Source of the DNA: Ginglymostoma cirratum
Lineage: Eukaryota
Length of the DNA stretch: 64,000 nucleotides
Direction: 5' to 3'
NCBI GenBank assembly: GCA_024137785.1
Contig: JAHRHZ010000267.1
Span: 21,121,625-21,185,624 of the forward strand
The notes beneath the pieces are model-generated. The model made no database searches. It was given only the letters and a program-made list of their open reading frames with translations, and was not told where the DNA came from. The translations under genes and the position numbers were made by a program. Shown here piece by piece: positions 1-11,900 of this stretch; position 1 is the stretch's first letter, and each line of letters begins with the position of its first letter.

Positions 1-280
1 CTTCTAAAACTGAAGTATAACCTCAGTTTGGATTGTTTTAGTTTGTCTTCACTACAGTCAATGATGCAGCCTAATTGGCAGAAGGACAAGGTGGATTTGT
101 CAAGAGGTCAAAGGGAGCAAGAGAAGGAGAGAGAGGCGGGAGAGGATATTCACAAGAGCCAATATCCTCAATACATTTCTCAGATGGAGCTTTCCCTCCT
201 TAATTTCAATGAAAATTAACATCTTCAAAAATGAGGTCGATCCTTCTAGCCTTAGGAAGAATCTAAAAATATGGATAAAA

Positions 281-392
281 ACAGGAATGGTCGACTGAGT
301 AGGATGAATCAGCCATGATCACATTGATAGCATAGCAGGCTCTAAGGGCTGAATGGCCCATGTCTATTCCTTTTTGTGTGTTTCTATGTTTC
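281..392 (+). mobile_element. CR1 LINE 3' tail fragment
   Basis: ATCAGCCATGATC...AGCAGGCTCTAAGGGCTGAATGGCC...TTTCTATGTTTC is the typical CR1 3' UTR end seen repeatedly in this window. Confidence 0.7.
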
Positions 393-514
393 TTCGTCTC
401 ATTGCTTCAATGAATCTGTTGCTGAGTAACACTGCCTCATTCCAGTATTTAAGTTAGAGGTGAGGATGAATTTCTCCCCTTGGAAGGTGATTAGTGTATG
501 AAATTCTGTTCAGA

Positions 515-1010
515 TATTGCTCGGTGATATCTGTGGGGGTCTCTACACAGCTCCCGGGCCAGCATTCAACAATGAGAAATATGACAAAGTGGAGAGTTTA
601 TATGATCAAATAATGTTTTCACGACATGGTCAGCTGGCAAGGAACTTTAGCATAAAAGCTGGCGTGGCAATACTGTTTTGTGGTCTTCAGTTGCATGCTA
701 CAGCACAGCCTTCACAACACATGGGTAACTACAAGTGCCCAAGGAGTAGGAAGAGGTGGTGGAACACAGAAGAAACAGTCACTGTCAATACCGAGGTGTC
801 CTGACATCTAGCAAGAGATCATCCACCAGATATTGAAGTGAACCATCTTTCTCATCCCTTGTAAAATAATGAACTCCCAAAACCTGCCAACATCTGATTA
901 CTTTCCGTCAGCCTAGCCTGAGTGATCAATTGCTCTGGGACAGACAGTGTCCAGGCCAAAACCATCAGAGGCAGCATGAGTATTCTCATTGATATCATTG
1001 ACAAATGGCC
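515..1010 (+). mobile_element. Highly decayed RTE-like LINE ORF fragment (region upstream of RT)
   Basis: Translations ICGGLYTAPGPAF...QIMFSRHGQLAR and NNELPKPANI...CSGTDSVQAKTIRGS resemble RTE GIKKA.GP...Q..RW and EL..PP...APG.DGI.AE..K.G motifs; many stops. Confidence 0.35.
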
Positions 1011-1119
1011 ACAGGGTTTTCAACTTGCAGCTTGCAACACAGCCTAGCCCCAGCTAACGACACTGCATAGCACCCAGGTTGAAACAACTATTTCTGGTAC
1101 GGAAGAATTTAAAAAATAA

Positions 1120-1855
1120 AAAACATGAATATAAACAGTGAGAGATTATAGTGCTCTGAGGAGCGGTGCAATCTGGGAGGTCCTCGTGAATGGCTCACAA
1201 AAGAGTAGTACAAAGGCACAGCAAGTAATTAGGAAAGCTAATAGAATATGATCAGTTATCGTGAGGGGAATTTAATGCAAAAGAAAGATTATTATACTCC
1301 AGTTGTACAGGGCTTTGGACAGACCATATTTGTAATACCGTGTATAGAATTGGTCACCTTAAAGGATGGATGTACATATACTGGAAGCTGTTCGGAGAAG
1401 TTTCACCACACAAATACGTAAAATGTGCAGGTTTTTGTTGAATGAAGCAGGGCTACCCAAGAAAGGCTTATAGCTGCTGAACTTTGGAAGAGTGAGAGGT
1501 GACTTGATTCTTGCTTGATTCAACAATCCTGAGGATTGTTAACAGTTTGGATGTGGAGAGGCTATAGGAGTATAAAGAACTAGGGATCAATGGGGTTTAA
1601 GAGTCAGGGGACATCCATTTGAAAGAAAAACAAGGTTTTTTTTTCCTCTCAGAGGATTGCTAGTCTTTGGAACTCTCAACTTCTTTTGAGGCAGAGGTGG
1701 ATAAATTTTTGTTTAGCAATGGAATGAAAAGGTAAATCGAAATAGACAGGAATGACAATTTGAACTTTGACTCAGTTCAGCCATGATCCTATCGAATAGC
1801 AGATCTGGCTTGAAAAACTGAATAGACTCCTCCTGCTCCCTGTTCAGGTGTTTTT
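1120..1855 (+). mobile_element. CR1 LINE 3' fragment (decayed)
   Basis: Contains GTAATTAGGAAAGCTAATAGAAT, TTGTACAGGGCTTTGGACAGACCA, GAGAGGTGACTTGATT and ends in TCAGCCATGATCCTATCGAATAGCAG...CTCCTCCTGCTCC. Confidence 0.85.
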
Positions 1856-4625
1856 ACATAAATTAACAATGTTCACCAGTGCGGTTGACGTAACTTTTTT
1901 TGACATAAGTTTTGTAGAATTTAATTATTTATGTTACCTGCAGGTTACCAACAATCAATGCAGCGTTTTATTTAGTTAAGATAGATGTGCTCAGTCCACA
2001 GCAATTGAACAGTACATTTTTAACAAGTAAAGGCCTGAACATCTACAGGCCTAAAATTCACGAGGCTCTGTTTCAAGTAGGATCATATACAATGGAATTC
2101 AGTATTAAACCAGACGTAGGATCTCCTGAACATCCTACAGAAACGTCTTCTCTCTCCCTTCCCATTGATCTTATACAAAAAGAATCATGAATAAAGTGCG
2201 TTTTAAGGGATTATTATATGGATATCCATCAGCTCACTGGGTGCACTCAGCTGAGATGGCAGATCCTCTGTGTAAGCTGGAAAAATAGGAAATTACAGCA
2301 TGTGGATTTATCTGCCCATCCCTAATCTACCTGCCATCATAACCTTGCACTTTTACCCACTGTCATCCTCTACATCAGCATTTTACAAAGTGTAAGTAGA
2401 GATTTCAACCCTTATAAAACAAAATGGGAACTTAAAAGGATTATTCAGGTAGACATTCAGGTCTTAGTTTATTTTCAATATTTCCTACCGTCAACTGATA
2501 GCAAGAGTCTCCTGAAACAGTTACTTGCAGCTGAAAAAGAAGTTCAGCACTTTTGGGGAAGGAGTCAATAAGCAAAATTGACCGGATTAATTAATAGATT
2601 CCTTAAGAGCTGGCTGGTTGTTCTTGCTTGCACTCTAACGTTAATTAGATCAATGTTTACTGAGAAGTTAAGCAGCCTCTCTTTCAAATGATAATGAATG
2701 TGAGTTAGCAGACTAGGGGTGATAGGTGAATTCATTATTCATAATGGGCAAGGCATCAAACAGTACATTTGAAAGGAAGGCAGCAAATGTCTCTTCATGA
2801 ACTGATGCTCATAAAAACACCTGAGAAAATCAACTCATTGAGTGATGCCTTGCACAAATTGTCTCATTGAGCATTTGAATTTAATTGATTAAACACACTT
2901 TGAATGAAGGAGCCTTTGTACTGAGGTAATCGTCAAAATATCCCCTGTGCCTTTAACTCTCAGCTCAGTCTAATTAACAGCTGAGCTCTGTGCAGTGTAC
3001 AAGACTTTTGCATCTGCCATGTACAATTATAAAATGTATCTAAAAGATTTGTTGCACTAACTGCATATGAAATTGTCTAAGGGAACAATTTCAAGATTTG
3101 TGAACTTATTGAGAGTAATTTTGACTGTGCAAACAGCATGCATCTTTCCAAATTGTTATTTCTGTAATAATTTCCACAGGAATGGGGAGTTGCTGGATAC
3201 CTTCTTCTAGGCTGCAATCACATACTTAAAGTGGAATAAAACTTGAGAGTTGGTCAATGAGACATGAAGGTATGATTGAGTCAGGGGATTCAGTATGTAA
3301 TGAGTGAGTGAGGATCCTTGACCTTTGACTTGTTACCAGTGTGGATATAAACACCTGGAATTAACAAACTGATCAAAACACCATGACGCAATTTCCTAAC
3401 TGCCATATCTGGGAAATTTCCCAACTCTTTCGCATTGGACTTTTACTTATAATACCTAGAAAGTGGTAAATCTAAAGCATTAAATAAATAATCAATGACT
3501 TTGGAAACTTGTCTAGTAGTAATGTCGAACATGCATGATGCTATAATCAAGAGATCAATGACCCGACATATCATCTTATGCTAGTTCTGTTGTAACTGTT
3601 GCTCGATTCTTCAACAATTTTGGCACCTGCTGTACTATTTTAGTTGCTGAGCAGGCTTCCAACCTCTCTTCATAACATATACTGAAGTTAAAATATTTAT
3701 CATGTTGTGGGTTGTCACTTACGGCTTGCAGAACTAAGAGCTCGTCTCTGGCCGGTGTCATTTAGCGGTCTTAATTCCAGCACCAATTCACCAATTGACA
3801 GTATTTCTCCCTCACAATACCAATGTCCATTTACATCCTCTTTATCTTCACTTCATAGTTAAATTAATCCATCTTTGCTCTTGTTCCACCTTGTACGAAC
3901 CCAGTTCAGTTTACGCCATTGAAGAACCAGTCATTTTCTAAGATTTGTTGTTTGAGACCAATAGTACAAATCAAATTCATATTATAAATTTGTCATGATA
4001 CTTTTCCAATTCAAAATAAAGTCGATAAAAATGTTATTTGTGTTTTAAAGTAATACTTTAAATATGCAACAGCTCAGAGCAGGTTTGCACCAGCTACACA
4101 ATTCCAACATTTTTTTTAATCCTGGTGGCAACAGGGTAACTCAAACGATTGGCGTGGATTTTTCCCTTCTAATGACGGTAAGGTTTTAAACATAAAGGAG
4201 TCCTGTCAACACAAAGCAGAAAAATAAGGCCAATGTACCAAAGGCAAGGTGTAGATGTTTGTCTCTGGATAGTGATCTGGCAAAGCAGATTGTCTTCCCT
4301 TTGTCCAATGAAATCAGTTACATTCTATAATAGGTAGGCAATTTGCTCCACCAGATAATTTCTAGATTGTAATGACAAAAACATGTCCTGTACATACTGA
4401 TCGTTGAGAGCGCATCTCCAAATTGCATTCATAAACTGAATTGAAACATCAATGTTTAGAGAAGCGAACTATGCTATAAGCTAGATTTTCTCTTCAATGG
4501 CTATACATGAATAGTGTACCATGTTATATCATTACAAATACTGACAAGCTGAAATTGGATTTAAACTCTTATCTTTCAGCTCTTAAATCTTAGAAATAAA
4601 TAAATAGATAACCAACAGAAATGAA

Positions 4626-5860
4626 ATGTAAGCAAAATGCAACGGAGGCTGAGAATCTGAAATGAAGATTGCAGTTTAAATAGACCACAGGCTTAGCAAA
4701 CTCTGTGGATTGAGAAATACAGTTAATGTTCTAAATCAATTATCATTCTGAGGGAAAAGGTAGAAATGCAGAAGAACAGGAAGTGGAACAGGAACAAAAT
4801 ATCCTTTATTGTCACGTGTGCTCCAGTGCAGAAGTACAGGAGTACATGGAAAAACTTTTACAGTGGCTGCCTTTAATGTCACCATCTTAGGTACAAGCAC
4901 CTAGGTACAAATCTTGGATACAAAAGAGGAATAAAAAAGGAAAAATAGTAGCATTACTTAGTGTCTAAAATTAAGTTAGAAATAAGATAGTTATAACATA
5001 GCTAAAAGATTGACACCACAGTCCAGTAAAGAATTTCAAGTAGTGCAGCTCAGCATGTGGGCTGACTGCCCACACCATGCCCCAGGTAAAAACTCCAAGC
5101 CTCCAGTTCACTCCACACCAGTACTCAGCTGCACCAAGGCAAGTTGCACTGCTCTGGGACTTCTAAATAAAAAAAAAAGAGAAAAAAAAACACAAAAAGT
5201 ACAGAACAGGTGGAGCGAAGGAGTTCCTGGTGGAACGTCTTACTCTGCCGCCATTTTGCTGAAAGAAGGCAGAAAGACTGTTGTCGAAAGAGGGATTGAG
5301 ATGGAAGAACAAGAAAGGAATCATCTGGGATTGGGTAGAAGGGTGAGAGTTTAAAAGATGAAGAAGGTGTTAAACAAGGGAAAAGGAGTAGTAATGATTC
5401 TAGTAAAAACTTTATGTGTGTTTTTGCAGACCACTGTCTGAAAATAAAAATATGACAAACAAGGTTCAAACTGACTCATGACAAAAAAAAAGTCCCAAGT
5501 TTCCAATTACTTGCCAATTAATTCACCCTCTTGCTCCCACATTCTCTTTTCTGACCTCAGCCTACTCCAATTTTGCAATGAAGCTCAATGCAGGCTCATA
5601 GAATGCCACCTCACCTTCCGATTAGGCACTGTACAATCCCCTAGACTCAATGGTGATTCTGCAATTTGAGCCTGAACAAAATAAAAATTGCAAAGTGAGG
5701 AAACAAGCTGAAAAATGACAAGTAAAATTTAAGAGCTGAAAGGTTGAATTTAAATACAATTTCAGATTGGTAACTGCTTGTCCTTGTGTTCCTAAGCAGA
5801 AGGCAACCTGGCAGAAGTGTACAGGTCGTAGGCGTGCCTGAGCTCTGAAGTAAAGTTCTT
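4626..5860. mobile_element. Old, rearranged Penelope-like element remnant including GIY-YIG endonuclease C-terminus (5478-5669, + strand)
   Basis: ORF 5478..5669 INSPSCSH..SDLSLLQFCNEAQCRLIECHLTFRLGTVQSPRLN matches the PLE motif HFNS..HS..D...GL......RK..E..LIF.LGTL.P.GLN; flanking purine-rich pieces look like the minus strand of the PLE 3' UTR. Confidence 0.65.
4796..5258 (-). mobile_element. Non-autonomous element with CAAAATGGCGGC 5' end and Rex1-type 3' tail
   Basis: Minus strand starts CAAAATGGCGGCAGAG and ends CACGTGACAATAAAG, similar to the Rex1 tail at ~20065-20115; no recognisable coding content. Confidence 0.55.
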
Positions 5861-7663
5861 AAGGGCTGAAATAGTATTTGAATTGGTCCAAAACAAAGCT
5901 TGAGGAAGAGGTGATGCTGGTGGTTTGCTGATGCTGATGTATGTGCATAAGGAATTTAAAGAGAAGAATATTTGTGCAACCTGTAGGAACATTGTTTGGA
6001 AGAAGCAATTGCATGATGGTGGAATCAAGCCTTCGGTAATCTTCGGAAAACAGGTATATACGTGGGAGATTTGCTCAATATTGTTTCTCAATGGAGAAGG
6101 AGAGAATTGGAAAAGGCACATAAAAAAAGTGAGTGGGGTTGTAATGAGATGCAAATGGACAGAAAGAAGATAAATGTCACTCAATGCTGACACAACCTGA
6201 ATTCACCACTTATGGCTGAGAGGCAAAATCTGTAACATTCTTAATTTCGACATTCAGATTTTTCTCATTCTCACTGTATTTTCCCCACGATTCCCTATGC
6301 TGCGTTAGGGAGACGGAGAAACCACCATGTATCCAAGAATGGTTATATTTACACATCAGCAAGAAGGAATCTAATCCCTGGAATTATTCATGTCAAATGT
6401 CTTAACTGGCATTTGTCCATCTTGAATTCCCTCGAGGACCTGATTACACCTCATGCTGGCCTTTACTCTGTCTCAAAGAATACAGAAAATGCATGTCAGA
6501 TAGGTAAAAGTTCAGCCCATTCATCGTAACCAAAATATTCTGATGAGGGGATGATATCCAATTCTACTGATTATGACCAAGCTATGTGTTTTATGCAAGA
6601 CCTTTTACACCGTAAGAACCCAATACAATTACCTGACAATATACTTACAAAAATCAAAATGTCAAAGTGGGCTGCTCCTGAGCAACTTAACCATAGAAAA
6701 ATGTCGTTAGATTTTAGAAACGTCATGTATACTGCAATGCTCACTGATCCTGCAGTTTGTTGTTCAGTATTAAACAGTAATTATATTTAAAGAGCCTAAG
6801 GATACAATCTGGACTACGTGTGCAGCTGACAGCTGTGAAAACAGACTCTTAGAATCAATGCCCAAAATATTAATGAAGTTTAGAAATAGGTGACAGGGCT
6901 GCAAATAAGCAGAAGTAGCAACAATAATGAATGGATAATTGCCTATATATCCTCCTTCAACCAGGTCTGCTTGCAGAATTTACTAATGTTTGGAGGATGT
7001 ACTAATGCTTGTGTTATTGAAGACCTTCCGGGGATTGTATAATGATTCTAGTGTTGTGAAGAGGCCAGCAATTGTTTTGTGGATGTCTCTTCTCACATGT
7101 CATAAATTAAGCCTAATACTACTGTAAACAATCTTTGTCAGAGAAGTTTCTGGTAGACTTAAAGAAATTAATGCAATATTTAAACTAACTGTTGATGCAC
7201 CCAAAATTCCAAATAGGATTCTGCCCTCAAGGGTGCCTAGCTTATCAGTTGAACTGGCTACATTGGTAATAATGGATATTATTTTGATTTCTATTTGCGC
7301 GGAAGTTAATCTTTTACACAATACTTCATAGCACAGAATATTGAAAATTGCATGGACAAAGATATTCGAGGTTGGGAGGTTGTATTTAGGTTCTCGACAT
7401 CCTCCTGCTATTATTAAAAGGTATTGGTCTGAAATTTACCATTTTCATTTAAAGTCTGGGGGCAAGTAAGATTTTTCATGCCAACTCTGCCATACTGGAG
7501 GTGAATCGTTTTGCTTGACTGTCCACTTCTCACTTGATTTGTTATTGATAGGGTATATCAACCTTTTCAGTAATGCAGCACACTTCAGATGAGACAAAAA
7601 AAAAATTCAACAGCACACCTACTTTTCTCAGTTGAATTGTTTGCTCATAAACATCTTTACTTG

Positions 7664-7794
7664 AGAGATAAAAGGTACTGCAGATGCTGGAGAATCCGAG
7701 ATAACAAGCATGAGGCTGGATGAACACAGCAGGTCAAGCAGCATCATAGGAGCAGGAAAACTTGACGTTTCGGGCCTAAACCCTTCATCAGAAA
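7664..7794 (-). mobile_element. Young Penelope-like terminal-repeat (pLTR) insertion with 11-bp TSD
   Basis: Flanked by ATCTTTACTTG at 7653-7663 and 7795-7805; 130/131 identical to 47404-47534. Confidence 0.85.
7761..7794 (-). ncRNA. Minimal type I hammerhead ribozyme motif (intact core)
   Basis: Minus strand UUU-CUGAUGA-A-GGG-uuuagg-CCC-GAAA-CG-UC^AAG: all core nucleotides present, 3-bp stem II, loopless palindromic ACGU stem III as in PLE hammerheads. Confidence 0.8.
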
Positions 7795-8719
7795 ATCTTT
7801 ACTTGTATTTGCTAAGGTTACAGTCTTACTGGAGAGGCTTCCAATGTAATATATACAACAAAAAGCAGAACAACCAAATGCATTAATATTTCAACTGCAT
7901 TGGAAAAAACACATCATCTTTGACTGCGAGCACAGAATTTTCAAAGTCCGCTCAACTATTTCTAACTATGCGTGGCCCTAAATGTGTTCCACACACTGCA
8001 CTCGGTTCAGAGGTCTGAATTTCGCAGATAATATTTCAGATTTCTAACGAAATTTTTGACAGTATAATTTTTAAATAATTGAATGTATACGTAATTGAAA
8101 TTCAATGGATCAGAACAAAACGCAAAGTAGAGTAAATTGCAATTTACCGGGTTAGTAGGAAATCTGGGTCTGCCAGTGTGCACACAACTTTTCAAACAGC
8201 TTTAAAAGTGCATGAACATCACTGTTTGCTTTTTATGGTTCTGCTGTAAAATCTACCACAAGATTTCAATTTTGCCATTTGGCCACCTGCATTTAAAAAG
8301 ATCATATTGTAGAATTGAAAGACTGATATTTCACTTATAATTTGATGATTATTGTCATGTGTTTTGTGACTTGTAATTTTGGTTAGCAGGAATATTATTT
8401 AAGCTAAAACAAATATTTGTTTCGCATTGTTTCCATTACATTTGTACAAAATTTCACTGCACACTTTGACAGTTCTCACAGGATACCAGTATGCTACAGG
8501 AGACTGGTTGAAAAAATTGTGCAACCCAAGATGTAGGACACATTTCTCAGAGGATCTCATGGTAAGTGAGGCAGATCTACCCCACCATTGCCAGGACCTT
8601 CCAGTTTCCAAGTCTCTGGCACCATATCTAAATTCTAGTTGTACCCCAGCTCAGAGGCTACAAGCCAAGTACAACCTCTCACACCATACTGCTCGACCCT
8701 CAATCCTGGAAGAAAGACA

Positions 8720-8935
8720 AGCCTGATCTCTGTTTCACAGACTGAAATACCAAAGTGTAGGCGGACAAGGCGTTGGATAAGAGAGCTACTTCTCTCCTTT
8801 GGACTGCCACAGGAAGCCATGGCACCAGTCCCAGGAATCCTGGACAGAAATGGCAACATGGATCAGTGCAACATCCCACATGAGGTGGTGTACCCAAAAG
8901 TGCCACAAAAGCAATTAATGACCTTCTCCACCCTG
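8720..8935 (+). mobile_element. Decayed Myb/SANT-like ORF (PIF/Harbinger-type DNA-binding protein)
   Basis: Frameshifted translation PDLCFTD*NTKV*ADKALDKR...QESWTEMATWISATSHMRWCTQKCHK/INDLL fits the pattern RFSD..LE.LV..V..R...W.EIA..VSA....R...QC.KK.NDL. Confidence 0.6.
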
Positions 8936-11900
8936 AAAAGCTAAGCGCCAGCTCACGCTCACAGGGCCAGCACTAACTCTGCCACTGCACAAGTCTCTTG
9001 ACAAGGCAGATGGACTCCAACCTTCAACATTACCTACATCATGGACACTTGAGAACAATCACTCCCCTCATCCTTTGCAACTATTCACTCTTCTTACACT
9101 TCCCCTGCTCATGTAGGATGACTAATTGCTCTTGCATCCATTTCAATCAGACTTAATTCCTCACTTTTTTCTCAGCTCAGGAAAGACTAGCCCGACAGGC
9201 TTCTTCCTTCCTATGATAAGATCATGGAGTTGGATAGAGAAGAGCAGGACCCCTCATGTGGGGTGTTGGGGGTGGGGTGGGTGGGGGAGGGAGACAACAA
9301 AACACCAATGGCCAACCAAATAAGCTTCATCATACTGCGTTGTTCTCCCATTACCATCGATGCTGACTCTGAAATAAGGCTATTATTTATGAATGTATGA
9401 TTGAAATACATCTTCAGAACGCAAAGGTGTAACATTTAATTCAAAATGTAATTTAAAAAGACAATGAAGCATAAATTCAGGGAATGAAGAATTGGCTGTA
9501 GTGCTGTTAGAGTTATCTATTAAAACAAGAGAAATAAATCAATGTAGTTATACAGCCATAAATATCTCTGCTTCATTCACATATTGTGCTAAGTATTAGT
9601 TGCTCTATTTTACACATATGGGACTACATTAAGGAAATGAGAGATATTGAAATCATGCGCAGCTGTTGTTTGCCTTCAATAATTTATGTCGGTCATTAAC
9701 AGAACATTTTATTTCCACCCATGACACCATTGAGAAGGAAGGCATTTTCAATTCTTTTTATATTAATACAAAGTACTGCCACTAAAGTTTTGTGTAAGCA
9801 ATACAATGCATTTGTTGCCATGTTTAATGTGTAGTATAATCGCATTATGAAGAAATATTTAACATTTCAATCCAAGTCGAATCACTTAAATTTTCCGCTC
9901 TTCTGCGGAAAAGCTGCTCTTCTGAGTAATAACATTGAGCATAGAGTGTGATTAGAAGAATTCATAGAAAGGTACATAAAAACTGTGACATGAATCTTTG
10001 TTATATTTTGGTATATTGATCACCTATAAGAATAGCAGGTAAATGTTTCACATGATCAAGCATGACAAAAATCTGTAGCAATATCCCCATGATATGAACA
10101 GTTTGGGTGTTGAATTCATGCCACTGTTTTAACGCCCTCCATTTCTGTAACAAATACGTCTGATTTTTTTGTAATCACATGGCCATATCAAACTTCAATG
10201 AAAATATGGAACTCATCAAAATTAAGGAGCTTAAATTAAAGGTTTGCTTGAGTGAAGGAAAGATTAAATTTTATCCTTTACTAAATCCAAAAAATGTAAC
10301 AAACCATGACATCAGCTAAGCACAGGTTTCAAGTTTAAAAAGGGGACAGGATCCAAGACAAAAAACAAACAAATCAAGAATTTGCAGTTTTAAAGTTTAG
10401 TGTTGCTGGAGTGTGAGGTTTAACTGGAGACCACAGTTATTTGATTAATGATTGTATCATCTGCAGTAGGAAAATTAAGGAATGTCTTTGAGTCCTCAGT
10501 CATTGAATATTTGTCCTTTTTTTAAAACCATCACATGTGGTCTTGAAGTGCTGGGAGAAAAACAAGGAGACAGAGCATCTTACAGTTCTAACTTTCTTTC
10601 CTTACAGCAATTTTCTCTCTCTCTTTTGCTGAAGAACAATTCCACGTAATACACTCCCTTCGTTAGCTTGACCCCATGCTTGGCTTCAATTATTTTCTAA
10701 GCTCAGTAGACTGCAGGTGACTTTCATCCCAATCTGCAAGATGTTCTCAAAAATGTAAATCACACAGGCCGTACAGATCTGGATGATTATTTTCAGTCAT
10801 TTCGGAGACATGTTAATTCAGTTCAGACTGGGTTTCATTTATTGATCATTTCATTGCTTTAAGTGTTGTGATGCTTTAAGCTCTTGATATACTGTTGGGC
10901 CAAGGACCAAGATGCAAACCATGTACAGTTCAGCAAGAAGCATACCAGCAGAGGTCAAAAAACATAGGTTATCTGTAACTGCAAGTTGTTTTCAAAAAAA
11001 AATTGTTCAACTAAAATTGTGCTTTATGCAATTTGAGATTAAGCAAACTTAATCTATTTTGCTCAATATGTTGCATTCATAAAAACCACTAGAAAACACA
11101 ATATAGTGCACAATGATAGTGACCGATTTGCACAAAGCAATGAGAAACCAATGAAAATAAGGTAGCTATAGAAAACATTGCACACAATCAGATTACATGT
11201 GAAAAGAATCAAAGTGATCCTGTTAAGCTTTAGAAAATGCTCCAGAACCAGCTTCATGTAAAAATGAACTTTACAATTCATTGTCTAGAACATGCTTAAT
11301 AAAGATTTTAAAATATACCTCAGAACAAATGGAAGACCATGACATTGAAATGTGGCTTAATAATGGTAGAAAGTGTGAAGCCAGTAGAGTTGGACATCAT
11401 CTGCAAGTATTAAATACTGTTAACAGTATTGGCACAACAGCCAGTATGTGGAAAGAAAGCACACAGTGCAGGATGTGCATTCTGTTGCATTCAATATAAA
11501 GTAGCTCTGCTTTCCAGGAGCTATGCAAGTCATGCGGTGCAAAAGGACCCTGGCCTCACCAATGCAAGAAAGTTCTTAAGACACCACGAGAGTGTGTAGT
11601 GTGTGCTGGCAGCAGCAGGGGTGAGTGCGAGAACCTGCATAACCACAAGCGTGTACATGAGCTTAGCAGCACGACTGACCAGGGTAAAGATTCAGAGCTG
11701 GAACCTTCAACCAGAAGGCGAGTAGGCATTCTGAATCGTGAATGTAAGACATTGTGAGAATAAAGTCACACAGCTAGAAGTTTTTACCACTATTAATATC
11801 ATAAGTGGGACAGATGTAGGAAATTTGCTACAACCTATCATAAAGCTCATTATAAATGGATACTTGGATAAAAGAAATACTCTGATTGACCTTAGTCAGT

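Noticed and set aside
3576-3940. Minus-strand coding exon ending at a GTAAGT donor (~3723)
   Set aside because: All frames from the nearest plausible acceptor contain stops; no recognisable peptide
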